64,000 bases of DNA from an uncultured cyanobacterium. Its GTDB lineage: Bacteria > Cyanobacteriota > Cyanobacteriia > Cyanobacteriales > Nostocaceae. Location: assembly GCA_963740315.1 (NCBI GenBank), contig CAVUDP010000001.1, positions 32,001 through 96,000 of the forward strand. Direction: 5' to 3'. Both the position numbers and the translations under genes were made by a program. The notes below the pieces were generated by a model. It did not search any database, was not told where the DNA came from, and saw only the letters and a list, made by a program, of their open reading frames with translations. Positions 1 to 10,600 of the stretch are shown here, piece by piece (the first letter of the stretch is position 1; every line of letters starts with the position of its first letter).

Positions 1-1
1 T

Positions 2-817
2 AATCTAGCAAATCAATGGTGGCACAAAGGTCGTTATAGAGAAACAGTAGAGCTTTGTCAATCAACTTTAGAAATTATAGAAGATTATCGCGTTCTTAAG
101 GAGATGGCTTATTGTCAGCAACAATTAGGTGAAGTTGAACAAGCATTCAATAATTATCAACAAGCTAAAACACTTTGTCCATTGGAAAATGAAGCAGAGA
201 CAGCAAGCATTTGTCATTATTTAGCAGGTATTTACGCCAGCCGTGGTGATGTGGATGATGCGATCGCGCTTTATCAACAGTCTTTGGAGTTAAAAGAAAA
301 AATTGGTGACGTACAAGGAAAAGCAGCTTCGTTACACAATCTTGCAGGTATTTACGCGAGCCGTGGTGATGTGGATGATGCGATCGCGCTTTACCAACAG
401 TCTTTGGATTTAAATGAAAGAATTGGTGACGTACAAGGAAAAGCTGCTTCGTTACACAATCTTGCAGATATTTACGCGAGCCGTGGTGATGTGGAAGATG
501 CGATCGCTCTTTTCCAACAATCTTTGGAATTAAAAGAAAAAATTGGTGACGTACAAGGAAAAGCTGCTTCGTTATGTATGTTAGGACAACTTTTAGCTGA
601 TGAGAAGCAAGATTTTACAACTGCACTTGAATATTTACAGGAATCTTTTGAGATATTTGAGCATCTAAAATCACCGACTGCTCAAACTGCAAAGGAAATT
701 ATTGATAGAATTCAAACTGCACAACGTACATCAATAAATAAAGATTCCAGCAACGAAATTATTTCTCCCTACCGGGAATTAATCGAGACGATAAGAGAGT
801 TAGGAATTGGATATTGA
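2..817 (+). CDS. Tetratricopeptide-repeat protein, C-terminal part (5' end lies outside the window)
   Basis: Frame is open from base 2 (NLANQWWHKGRY...). Contains three near-identical 40-aa TPR units (A.SLHNLAGIYASRGDVDDAIALYQQSL). Confidence 0.85.
   Translation, partial: NLANQWWHKGRYRETVELCQSTLEIIEDYRVLKEMAYCQQQLGEVEQAFNNYQQAKTLCPLENEAETASICHYLAGIYASRGDVDDAIALYQQSLELKEKIGDVQGKAASLHNLAGIYASRGDVDDAIALYQQSLDLNERIGDVQGKAASLHNLADIYASRGDVEDAIALFQQSLELKEKIGDVQGKAASLCMLGQLLADEKQDFTTALEYLQESFEIFEHLKSPTAQTAKEIIDRIQTAQRTSINKDSSNEIISPYRELIETIRELGIGY
215..575 (+). repeat. Three tandem ~120-bp coding repeats (TPR units)
   Basis: ccgtggtgatgtgga.gatgcgatcgc recurs at 241, 361 and 481 with exact 120-bp spacing. 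Confidence 0.9.
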
Positions 818-861
818 TTAATTGGAATATAAACTTTGGTGCGTTACGAACTTCGTTCTAA

Positions 862-1043
862 ATGATATCTTGCACCAATGTCATTAAGCCTTCACAACCG
901 CCTCGAAATAAATTTCAAGGAACCAATATACAAAGTACGTTAAAACGCACTAAAAGCCTTGCTCAGTCTTATGAAGGAAGACTTTGTTTTTGAGCCTGGG
1001 AATTTATTCCAAGGCGGTTGTTGAAACTGGTGCAAGATGTAAG
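862..1043. mobile_element. MITE-like element with terminal inverted repeats and target-site duplication
   Basis: TIR atcttgcacca (867-877) / tggtgcaagat (1028-1038). Internal inverted repeat caaccgcct.g.aataaatt. Flanking direct repeat ttctaa at 856-861 and 1044-1049. Confidence 0.7.
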
Positions 1044-1045
1044 TT

Positions 1046-1228
1046 CTAACGCACCCTACAATGCTTTTCTTGAACGTATAAATAACCTTTAATCGCATCT
1101 TTGATATTTTCCACCGTTTCATCCAAAGTCTTACCTTGACTCACGCAACCGGGAAGCTCGGGAACTTCAGCAACATATCCTTGATATTCCGAATCGAATA
1201 TAAAAATTACTTGAAATTTCACTACCAA
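1046..1228 (-). CDS. HicB-family antitoxin-like protein (orphan)
   Basis: Motif GYVAEVPELPGCVSQGKTLDETVENIKDAI is typical of the HicB N-terminal partial RNase H fold. Confidence 0.75.
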   Translation of the reverse strand: MVVKFQVIFIFDSEYQGYVAEVPELPGCVSQGKTLDETVENIKDAIKGYLYVQEKHCRVR

Positions 1229-1401
1229 TCAACCTTTAATTGCCGAACGCATAGCATAAATATAACAATACCATGTGAATTTTTAAATATAGGTGAGGCG
1301 CTTTAAGGAGAGATGGGGAGAAAAAACTTTCTGTTTTTAGGATACACTCATCAAAACTAATGGGACAGCCCACTAGTACTTTGTCCTATTAATTCTGATA
1401 A

Positions 1402-1468
1402 GTTTGTAGTAAGGGCTTCAGCCCCTCCGGATTCGGTAATATGAGGCGCTGAAGCGCTTACTACGAAC
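1402..1468. repeat. REP-like doublet of the GTTCGTAGTAAG-hairpin family (also at 24202-24264 and 58577-58632)
   Basis: gtttgtagtaagggcttcagccc...gcgctgaagcgcttactacgaac: inverted ends, each with a small hairpin. Confidence 0.75.
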
Positions 1469-2052
1469 CTTTATTACCCATCAAAAATTATGAAATCGAA
1501 TACCAGTTTCAACGCGCAAGAATCTGAACGCCAATCAGCGTTACAAAGAATAGTGAGAACAAATAAATCAACTCTCTTGTATTAATAACCATCTGGTAGG
1601 ACTCCTGAAAACTACTGTCAATAAACGTGGTATATTCAAATCGCATTCAAGCACCCTTGACAGTAAAAATACCATATTCATACTTTATAGGGAAATTAAA
1701 TAAAGCTTAAGTTGCGTATTTCTATTGATACATCCAAGCATTGACATGAATTGACACAAGAATAAATAATTAGTTCCTAGCCCTCAGAAAACTCTAGTAC
1801 GGCTGCTTCTGCTTGCTAAAATCCGAAGCTGAACGGGTTAAAACGCTTATTCTGTCTAATTAATGCCTTTTAATGAGTTTCTTTTTAACTCTAAAATTTT
1901 TGATACAGGTTGATTGTCAGGTCAGCCTAAAAATAAGTCAAATTATGACATTGCTTGCATCAGTAAGATAACTATAGTTGGGAATTATTACTATTTCATC
2001 AATACCATAACAATTAAAATATAGGTTAAATCGTAATTTTGCTAATACATAA

Positions 2053-2121
2053 TGGTGCGTTACGGCATTTTCACACGGTTAACCTTTCAATAAAATACCT
2101 CGTGCCGTAACACACCCTACA
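2053..2121. repeat. REP-like palindrome of the GTAGGGTGCGTTA family (also 838-1060 interrupted, 28378-28410, 37928-37994)
   Basis: ggtgcgttacggca...tgccgtaacacaccctaca inverted arms. Confidence 0.7.
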
Positions 2122-2152
2122 AACCAATGCCCAATGCCCCATGCCCAATCCC

Positions 2153-3763
2153 CTAATACCGTTTGCGATTGTGAAAAACCTTAACCAACCTATTAATCCC
2201 TTTAAACCGATATTTCCCCATTGGCTCAAATCTCTGCGGTTTGGAAAGCATTTTGTAAGTCTCTTCGCTAACTACGCATTCCCCCGGATGACAAACTCCT
2301 TCCATCCGTGCTGCTAAATTAATTGTTGCTCCTAAAGCTGTATATTCTACTCTTTGCGAACTACCTACATCTCCTACCACTGCTTTCCCACTATTGATAG
2401 CAATTCTCAATTCTAATGGTTCCTGCCAGAAGTGATTGTAATTCAAATTCTCCAAACGCGCTAACATTCCCATTGCGGCGGCTACAGCCCTATCTGCATG
2501 GTCTTCTTGCGGTTCTGGTGCGCCAAAAAATGCCATAATGCAGTCGCCGATATATTTATCTAAAGTACCGCCGCGTGCGAATACTTCTTGCAACATTTCC
2601 TCAAATAATTTGTTGAGTAATTCCGCAATTTCCGTAGGAGTAAAGCGTTCGGACATTGCTGTAAATCCGACGACATCGGCGAATAAAATGCTGATTTCGC
2701 TTTCTTTGGGCGGTAATCTGCCATCTGGTAAGGCTCCCAATGCAATCAACTGCTGTACTACTGCTGGTGAGTGATAGCGTTCCAATCTTTGCCGAATTAT
2801 TGCTTCACTTTTGAGCTTTTCTACTAATAACCAACGTTGTACGCTGGAAGAAACAAGATTTCCTAAAGTTGAAAAAAAGCTCAAATCTTCGGAACCTTCT
2901 TTTACCCAATGATAAGAAGAAAAACTTGCATCGGCATAAAGCACGCCGACAACTTTATTTTCATCCCATAAAGGTACTGCCATTGCGCTGCGAATCCCTT
3001 TGAGAAAAACGCTATGCTCTTCTGCAAATCGTTCGTCTTGATGAGTATCTGCTGATTGAATTGCGACTTTTTCCCCAAATACTTGCTGACATATACTTTG
3101 AGAGATCCAGCTATCATCAGCCATTAATTGCTGTTTATTATTAACATTTCTACTTGCAGCATTTACTAATACTAATTTGCCGCAATTTTGAACATCAATC
3201 AATAGCGCTAAACGGTCAATACTATTAAGATAACGAAATACAACCTGCTGTACTTGAGAAAATATTTCTTCAATAGAAGTAGCTCCCGAAAGATTTTTGG
3301 CTATATCTACCAAATCCTTGAGACGGGCGATCGTTCTATCTTTGCCGATAATATCACCATCTTTACTAACGGCATCTATCCATTGCTCTTGTAATTGTTC
3401 AACATCACGAAGTATTGTTTTACCTTCAGAAAAATCTGCATGCTTAGTTATAGATGGTTGAGGAGGAAGGCTTAAAAGCACCACCAGCGAAATTTCTCCT
3501 ACCCAAATCACATCCCCATGAGAAATGACGGTAGGCGAAGTTACGGGTTGTTCGTTTAGTATTGTGCCGTTTTTGCTACCCAAATCTTCAACCAGCCACA
3601 CGCCATTATTCCCTTTAGTAAAACGCGCATGACTGCGAGAAACACCCCCAAAGGGTAAACTTAGGTTACATTCAGCTAACCTACCAACAATAAAAATATC
3701 TTGATCCACCGTCACCGTTTTTTGGGTATTTTCCCTTTGGAGACGCAGTTTCAACTCAGTCAT
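2153..3763 (-). CDS. cyaD: Class III adenylate cyclase with FHA and GAF domains (CyaD-like)
   Basis: N-terminal FHA (GR...VSRSHA...DLGSKNGT), central GAF (SAMAVPLWDENKVVGVLYAD) and catalytic motifs ILFADVVGFT, DKYIGDCIMA, EYTALGATINLAARME. Confidence 0.85.
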   Translation of the reverse strand: MTELKLRLQRENTQKTVTVDQDIFIVGRLAECNLSLPFGGVSRSHARFTKGNNGVWLVEDLGSKNGTILNEQPVTSPTVISHGDVIWVGEISLVVLLSLPPQPSITKHADFSEGKTILRDVEQLQEQWIDAVSKDGDIIGKDRTIARLKDLVDIAKNLSGATSIEEIFSQVQQVVFRYLNSIDRLALLIDVQNCGKLVLVNAASRNVNNKQQLMADDSWISQSICQQVFGEKVAIQSADTHQDERFAEEHSVFLKGIRSAMAVPLWDENKVVGVLYADASFSSYHWVKEGSEDLSFFSTLGNLVSSSVQRWLLVEKLKSEAIIRQRLERYHSPAVVQQLIALGALPDGRLPPKESEISILFADVVGFTAMSERFTPTEIAELLNKLFEEMLQEVFARGGTLDKYIGDCIMAFFGAPEPQEDHADRAVAAAMGMLARLENLNYNHFWQEPLELRIAINSGKAVVGDVGSSQRVEYTALGATINLAARMEGVCHPGECVVSEETYKMLSKPQRFEPMGKYRFKGINRLVKVFHNRKRY

Positions 3764-4206
3764 GGTTGGGCTTGATTAATCCTCGAAGCAATTAAACGGG
3801 TGCAGAAAACCGGGCATTACCGTTGAATGTTTCAAAATGCGGTTCTAATTTCGGGTTAAAACCAATACATTCCATTTATGACACTGCAAACGGCACTCCG
3901 ACAACTATAACTCTTGTCTGGGCAACCATTAACTGTAAAATTCGGGCGTTATCAAATTAGCTTCGGAACTTCTTTAGCTGTTGTAGAAGCTTCTAGCCCG
4001 TTCGATTAAATAGTATAAAGGAAATTACTTTCACTTTATCAATTCTTTACACAACTTGAACCACAATTAATATATTTGAACAAACAATATAATAATAAAC
4101 GTTAGAATCAAACTTAATCAATATACAAATCCGTTTTGATTAATGTTAACGCAGCCATAATTACTAATAAATATAGTCAACCGTATTTATCCAAAATAAA
4201 TTGTTT

Positions 4207-5703
4207 ATGAAACAGCATTACAGTACATTAAAAAATCAATTAAGCAACCCGATATCTAAATACTTAATCTTAGTTATTTTCAGTATTTTAGCAGTACTAA
4301 TCGCAACTCTTTATCCGTTTAATTTTTCGTTACCGAATAGTATTTCAAAGCGGGGATTAGTTAATAGTTTTGACAACAATAGCTTTTTTCAAGACCAAGT
4401 AAACAATGTATTGCTATTCTTACCTTTAGGGTTCGGTTTAACGGGTTTATTACAGAAAAGAAAAGCAAAATTAATTTCGCAGATAGCAGCAGCATTTTTA
4501 GCCAGCGCTGCCTTATCCTCAACAGTCGAATTACTGCAAATTATGGTACCTTCGAGGACACCAACACCCGCTGATATTATTAATAATAGCTTTGGTGGTT
4601 TTTTAGGATTAATTTGCTTTTATATCTGGAATTCTAAAAGTTTTAAAGCAATATTACAAAAAATTGAAACCAGTAATGCAAGTAATTCAATTAGTAAAAT
4701 AACCTTATTTTTCACGGGTTATATTATCCTGACATTTTTAATTACAATTCCTTGGCAAGCTACAACTAATTTAAGTGGTTGGAATCCCAGTTTTCCCTTA
4801 ATGATCGGTAACGAAAGAACTGCCGATCGAGGTTGGGAAGGCTATATTTCCGAACTAAATATTACTAATCAAGCCTTGAGACAAAACCAAATAAAACAAG
4901 TATTTTCTCAAAGTAATAATTTGCAAAATCTAGGAGATTCCCTAGTCGCTTCCTATCAATTTACAGGAAAAGCTCCATATAAAGATAAAACGGGAAAACA
5001 GCCGGATTTATTATGGAATGGGGAATCAACGACTCAAAATGAAAAAGGAGTTTTGTTGAGTCGCGATCGCTGGCTGCAAACGGCAACTCCCGTCACATCT
5101 TTGAGCGAAAGTATAAGCAAGACTTCTGAATTTACAATTAGCACTACCCTTACTACTACTAAAACAGAACAAGGTGGACCTGCGCGAATTATTTCGCTTT
5201 CTAATGACTCTTTTCGTCGTAATTTCACTTTGGGACAACAGGAAAGCGATTTAGTATTTCGAGTTAGAACTCCTCTTACCGGAGCAAATGCTGCTGATGT
5301 AAAGCTAGAAGTTCCCGGTGTATTTAATGATGAAAAACCGCATCACATAGTTATTACCTATTCCAATTCTTCGCTGATTATTTACGTAGATAATATTGCC
5401 AATATCCACACTTTAAACTTACTCGACTTAATACCCAAAGAAAAAAGATTTTTCTATTACGGACTAACATTTATTCCATTCGGACTGTGTTTAGCCCTGC
5501 TAACAACATTAGCAAGAAGAAAAATCAACTTTTACCGTTTAATGCTTCCCGCAGGAATATTATTACCTTCTTTAATATTAGAAGGAACTTTAGTACAAGA
5601 AAGCGGTAAAAATATCAGTCCAAAAAACCTATTACTCGGCATCTTATTTACAGCCGGGACAATGTTAATCTTGAAAGCAAGAACGGGAAACAGCGAGCAG
5701 TGA
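4207..5703 (+). CDS. VanZ-family membrane protein with a LamG/ConA-like domain
   Basis: VanZ motifs NNVLLFLPLG, VELLQ..PSRTPTPADIINN; soluble segment with GPARIIS..RRNFTLGQ and PHHIVITY; C-terminal TM helices. Confidence 0.75.
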   Translation: MKQHYSTLKNQLSNPISKYLILVIFSILAVLIATLYPFNFSLPNSISKRGLVNSFDNNSFFQDQVNNVLLFLPLGFGLTGLLQKRKAKLISQIAAAFLASAALSSTVELLQIMVPSRTPTPADIINNSFGGFLGLICFYIWNSKSFKAILQKIETSNASNSISKITLFFTGYIILTFLITIPWQATTNLSGWNPSFPLMIGNERTADRGWEGYISELNITNQALRQNQIKQVFSQSNNLQNLGDSLVASYQFTGKAPYKDKTGKQPDLLWNGESTTQNEKGVLLSRDRWLQTATPVTSLSESISKTSEFTISTTLTTTKTEQGGPARIISLSNDSFRRNFTLGQQESDLVFRVRTPLTGANAADVKLEVPGVFNDEKPHHIVITYSNSSLIIYVDNIANIHTLNLLDLIPKEKRFFYYGLTFIPFGLCLALLTTLARRKINFYRLMLPAGILLPSLILEGTLVQESGKNISPKNLLLGILFTAGTMLILKARTGNSEQ

Positions 5704-5773
5704 GCAGTTATCAGTGAGCAGTTAGCAGTTAGCAGTTAGCAGTTAGCAGTTAGCAGTGAGCAGTTAGCAGTGA
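5693..5773. repeat. STRR heptamer tandem array (GCAGTTA/GCAGTGA)
   Basis: Directly visible tandem heptamers. Confidence 0.9.
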
Positions 5774-5807
5774 GAAGAAGTTTGGAAGGTTTAAATTAAT
5801 ACTTTAT

Positions 5808-5858
5808 CTGGCGGTTGAAACCACTGCTACACAAACAAAACCCGCCTGCGCGGGTTAA
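5808..5858. repeat. Dispersed repeat, AACCCRCGCAGGYGGGTTT family (other copies at 50837-50885, 51964-52012, degenerate at 50511-50551)
   Basis: ctacacaaacaaaacccgcctgcgcgggtt is the reverse complement of aacccacgcaggtgggtttcgt.tgtgtag. Confidence 0.7.
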
Positions 5859-5926
5859 AATCTATTAGTTTAAGTTGCTGGACTTTGCCTGTGTAGTATC
5901 AAATTATATTCGCAAATACTTGTAAA

Positions 5927-6025
5927 ACTAACTCTTAACTCCTAACTCTTAACTCCTAACTCCTAACTCCTAACTCTTAACTCCTAACTCCTAACTGTTC
6001 ACTGTTCATTGTTCACTGTTCACTG
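5927..6025. repeat. STRR heptamer arrays (AACTCCT followed by CACTGTT)
   Basis: Directly visible tandem heptamers overlapping the ylqF stop. Confidence 0.9.
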
Positions 6026-6902
6026 ATTCCGGTAATTCCAAAGGAAATTGTCCTAAAAGTCCTTTGCGATAATCGGTTAAAAGATGTCTGGCACTACGCT
6101 CTACATCGCCTTGATATTTATGTTCGGCTAAAGCGTACAGGTATTCTTCTCCGGTGTATGCTGTTGATTCGAGCTTGTAGCGGGACAAAAAAGGATTTTC
6201 TGGTAATATTTTGGGAGCAGTTTCTTGCAAATATCCGACTAAATCGACGAATGCGGCTGCTACTTTTTGATTGTCGTAGGATGCTTCCCCAATATCGTCG
6301 CAAATTGCTAATTTTAAAGCTGCTTCCTGATTTTCTAATTTGAGAGGTATGATACCCGGAGAATCTAATAATTCTAGTTCCTTGGAAATCCTTACCCAGC
6401 GCAGGGAACGAGTTACACCGGGGCGAGCCGCGCTTTGTACTATACGCCTTCCCAATAAACGATTTATCAAAGCTGATTTTCCCACATTCGGAAAACCGAT
6501 AACTACAGCACGTATGGCACGAGGTAACATTCCGCGTTCTTTGCGTCGTTGATTAACCGCACTTCCCGCAGATTGCGCTGCTTTACTAACTGCAATTATT
6601 CCTTTTCCTTGTTTTGCATTGGTAGCATAGGGAACTTGGTTGTGAATTCTAAAATATTCCGTCCATAATTCCCTTGCTTGAGGTGAAATCATATCTAACC
6701 GATTGAGTATCAACAACCGTGCTTTATCTCCAATCCATTCCGACACTTGGGGATGGTGAGTTGATACAGGAATCCGAGCATCTCTTACTTCTAAGACAAC
6801 ATCAACTAACTTGAGTTGTTCTTTGAGTTGTCTTTCAGCTTTAGCGATATGTCCGGGATACCATTGGATGAGATTTAATTTATAGTTTTCAGTTATAGCC
6901 AT
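6006..6902 (-). CDS. ylqF: Ribosome biogenesis GTPase YlqF/RbgA
   Basis: IQWYPGHIAKA, EVRDARIP, GFPNVGKSALIN, PGVTR, LLDSPG. Confidence 0.95.
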   Translation of the reverse strand: MAITENYKLNLIQWYPGHIAKAERQLKEQLKLVDVVLEVRDARIPVSTHHPQVSEWIGDKARLLILNRLDMISPQARELWTEYFRIHNQVPYATNAKQGKGIIAVSKAAQSAGSAVNQRRKERGMLPRAIRAVVIGFPNVGKSALINRLLGRRIVQSAARPGVTRSLRWVRISKELELLDSPGIIPLKLENQEAALKLAICDDIGEASYDNQKVAAAFVDLVGYLQETAPKILPENPFLSRYKLESTAYTGEEYLYALAEHKYQGDVERSARHLLTDYRKGLLGQFPLELPESVNSEQ

Positions 6903-7027
6903 ATTGAAGGTTACTTAATTAGATATAGTAATTAGATTAAAGTATATACCTTTATAATTTATAATTTTTTAAATAATCGAGTAAATCAACCTTTAACCTT
7001 TAACATCCAGACCTTTAACCTTTAACC

Positions 7028-7402
7028 TCATTTATACGACTGATATAAAATAATTCGATTTCCATCAATATCGTAAGCATAAATTTCTCTACCGTGCGAA
7101 CTTTTAGTAATTTCGCCAAAAGGTGGATGACCTAATGATTCGAGGTGATGCATTGCACTTTCTAAGTCATTTACCTCCAAACATAAACTCATATGGCTTT
7201 TGAAAGAATCATTAAATTCACAAACGTGAGATTCCTTGGGTTTAAAAATGCCTAATTTCAAACCTGAAACTTTAAATTCAGCATAAGAATTGGGAATATA
7301 ATTAGAGGGGTTTTGACTAAAAAATTGAACATAAAAGTCAACTAATTCTTCAAAATTATTAGTCGCGATCGTCACAAATGCTTCAGTAAATCGAAAAGAC
7401 AT
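7028..7402 (-). CDS. VOC/glyoxalase family protein
   Basis: Paired beta-alpha-beta-beta-beta pattern; SLCLEVNDLE and GREIYAYDIDGNRIIL. Confidence 0.85.
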   Translation of the reverse strand: MSFRFTEAFVTIATNNFEELVDFYVQFFSQNPSNYIPNSYAEFKVSGLKLGIFKPKESHVCEFNDSFKSHMSLCLEVNDLESAMHHLESLGHPPFGEITKSSHGREIYAYDIDGNRIILYQSYK

Positions 7403-7690
7403 GATATAGGTTAAAGGTTAAAGGTCAAAGGTAGAAAACATAATAAATTATTTCATATTTTTGCATCATTTATTTAATTTGATGCATCCTAACAAAGGTA
7501 ATGTTATTTTATAACTCGCTATTTTCTTAAATAAGTTGCTTATTTTTGGAATTATTAACTATCGAGTTTTTTCTACAAATATTAATAAAACTATAGTTAG
7601 TTTTGATATCGGTCGAATATTAATAGCAATATTTCATTTTATACTTTAAAATTTGAGCATTATAAATACATAATTTTGCTCTGTAAATAA

Positions 7691-10600
7691 ATGACCTCTA
7701 TAAATGATGTTAACGATTTAAAAACAATCGATTATCAATATCAAATTGGCGGTAGTTTAGGAAATGATGCTGCTTGTTATGTAGTACGTCAAGCTGATAA
7801 AGAACTATATCTTGCTTTGAGTGCCGGGGAGTTTTGCTACGTGCTTAACTCTCGACAAATGGGTAAGTCTTCTATCATGGTACGTACCAGTCACATATTA
7901 AGACAAGAAGGATATCAATGTACTACTCTTGACATGAGTTGTATTGGTAGCGAACAAGTTACTCATACTCAATGGTACAAAGGGGTTGTTGCTGAATTAT
8001 GGCGGGGATTTCACCTCTACGGAAAGTTTAACTTAAAATCTTGGTGGCGTGAAGAGGAAGATATTTCTGTTCTTCAACGCTTGAGCCATTTTATCGAGGA
8101 TGTGCTGTTAGTGCAATTTCCTCAAGATAAGATAATTATATTTATTGATGAAATTGATAGTATTCTAAGTTTAGATTTTCCTGTAGATGATTTATTCGCT
8201 TTAATCCGCTTTTGCTATAACCAAAGAACGTTAAATCCAGAATATCACCGTCTTACTTTTGCTATTTTTGGAGTTGCTACCCCTAGCGATTTGATAGCTG
8301 ATAAAAATCGGACTCCATTTAATATTGGTAAGCCGATACAGTTACGGGGTTTTAATTTAGAAGAGGCGCAACCTCTAGTTAAGGGGTTAGAAGGTAAAGT
8401 AAGTAATCCCCAAGCAATTTTTAAACAAATATTAGCTTGGACAAACGGACAACCATTTCTAACTCAGAAGCTCTGTAAAATGGTAAATAGTGGAGAATGG
8501 ATTTGTACGGAAGCAGATGATAAAAGTAATGTTGAAATTGATAGATTAGTCAAAACACGAATTATTCATAATTGGCAATCCCAAGATGAACCCGAACATT
8601 TAAGAACTATAAGAGATAGAATTCTTCAGCAGCAAAAAGCGGGAAGATTGCTCGGTATATATCAGCAGGTTTTACAAGGTGTAGCGGTAGAAGCAGATAT
8701 TAGTAACGAACAAACAGAATTATTTTTATCTGGTTTAGTTATTAAAGAAAATAATTATCTCAAAGTAAAAAATCGTATTTATGCGGAAGTATTTGATTTA
8801 AGTTGGGTAGCAAATCAATTAACTTTATTACGTCCTTATTCTCAAGCTTTTGATGCTTGGATAGCTTCTAATCAAACCGATTCTTCCCGACTTATGCGGG
8901 GACAAGCTTTAAAAGATGCTAAAAAATGGACTCAAGGAAAAAGTTTAAGCGATTTAGATTATCAATTTTTGACTGCTTCGGAAGAGTTCGATCATCAGGA
9001 AGCTCAGCAACATTTAGAGGCGCAAAGACTCAAGGAAGTTGAAGCACGTTTAAAAGCTGAAAGTAAAAGCGCAAAACGTTTAAATTCATTATTATTTGTA
9101 GTCAGCAGTGCTTTAGTAATTGTTAGTATTTTAGCTGGTACTACATATATAGCTTATCGGCAATCAAAACTGAATGAAATTAAAGCAACGGCTACTTCTT
9201 CCGAAGCATTATTTGCATTAGAAAAACGTTTGGATGCATTAGTTCAAGCATTAAGAGCGAATAAGAAAATTAAAGAATTAGGTATAGTTGATTCTCAAAC
9301 GAAAACAGAAGTTAAAACTGTTTTAAGAAGAGCTATTTTTACCGCTGTTGAACAAAATCGGATTACTGGAATTGATACTCAAGTTTGGGATGTTGCTTTT
9401 AGCCCTGATGGTAAGATAATTGCTACAGCTAATAGAGACAATACAGTTCAACTTTGGCATCGTAATGGTAAAGAAATTGCCACTTTAAAAGGTCATCAAG
9501 GTGCGATAAAAAGCGTTAATTTTAGTCCCGACGGACGGTTTCTTGCTTCTACGAGTAGAGATGCAACAATCAAAATTTGGAATCGAAAGGGTACTTTATT
9601 AAAAACTTTAACAGGTCATCAAGATGTAGTTCTAAAAGCTATTTTTAGTCCCAATCGCAAAACAATTGCTTCTGCTAGCCAAGATAAAACCATCAAAATT
9701 TGGTCTATCGACGGTGAATTATTGCGTAGCTTCAAAGCTCATGAAAATTGGATTATAGACATTAGTTTTAGTCCCGACGGTAGAACCATTGCTTCTGGTA
9801 GTCTTGATAATACTATGAAACTTTGGAATATAAAAGGTGAATTACTACGAACTTTTAAAGCTGATAAAGTTGTTTGGACGGTAGATTTTAGCCCAGATGG
9901 TAAAACAATTGCTTCAGGAGGTGCAGATAATACTATCAAACTTTGGCGAGTTGAAGATGGTAAATTAATTAATACTTTAAAAAGCCATCTAGTTGGAGTA
10001 TGGAAAGTTGCTTTTAGTCCCGACGGTAAAACGATCGCTTCTGCAAGTTGGGATAAAACCATTAAATTATGGAATACCGACGGAGTTTTACTAAAAACCT
10101 TGAAAGGTCATAATGGTAGAATCCGAGGATTAGCTTGGAGTCCTGACGGTAATACGATCGCTTCTAGTAGTGAAGATAAAACTATCAGATTTTGGAACTT
10201 AAATAATGCTTTAGTTAAAACTATTTACGGTCATACAAATGCAGTAATTCCAGTTGCTGTTAGTTCCAACGGTAAAATGATAGCTTCTGCTAGCGATGAT
10301 GGTAGCGTAAAACTTTGGAGTCGGAATGGTAAACTAATTCAAACTTTAAAAGGTTACGAACAAGGTGTTCTTGGCGTTGCTTTTAGTCCTAACAATCAAA
10401 TTATTGCTTCAGCAGGCAACGATACCACGATCAAATTATGGACTATTGCAGGTAAAGAATTACATACTTTAAAGGGACATCTTGCTCCTGTTTGGTCGGT
10501 AAATTTTAGTCCCGACGGTAATACTTTAATTTCCGGAAGTGAAGACGGTACCGTTAAATTTTGGAATATTGATGGTAATTTATTAAAGACTATAAATACA

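Noticed and set aside
260..267. Frequent GCGATCGC octamers throughout the window
   Set aside because: This is the well-known cyanobacterial HIP1; used only as a taxonomic clue.
215..575. DGR template/variable repeat pair
   Set aside because: Repeats are in-frame tandem TPR units, differences are not confined to adenines, and there is no reverse transcriptase.
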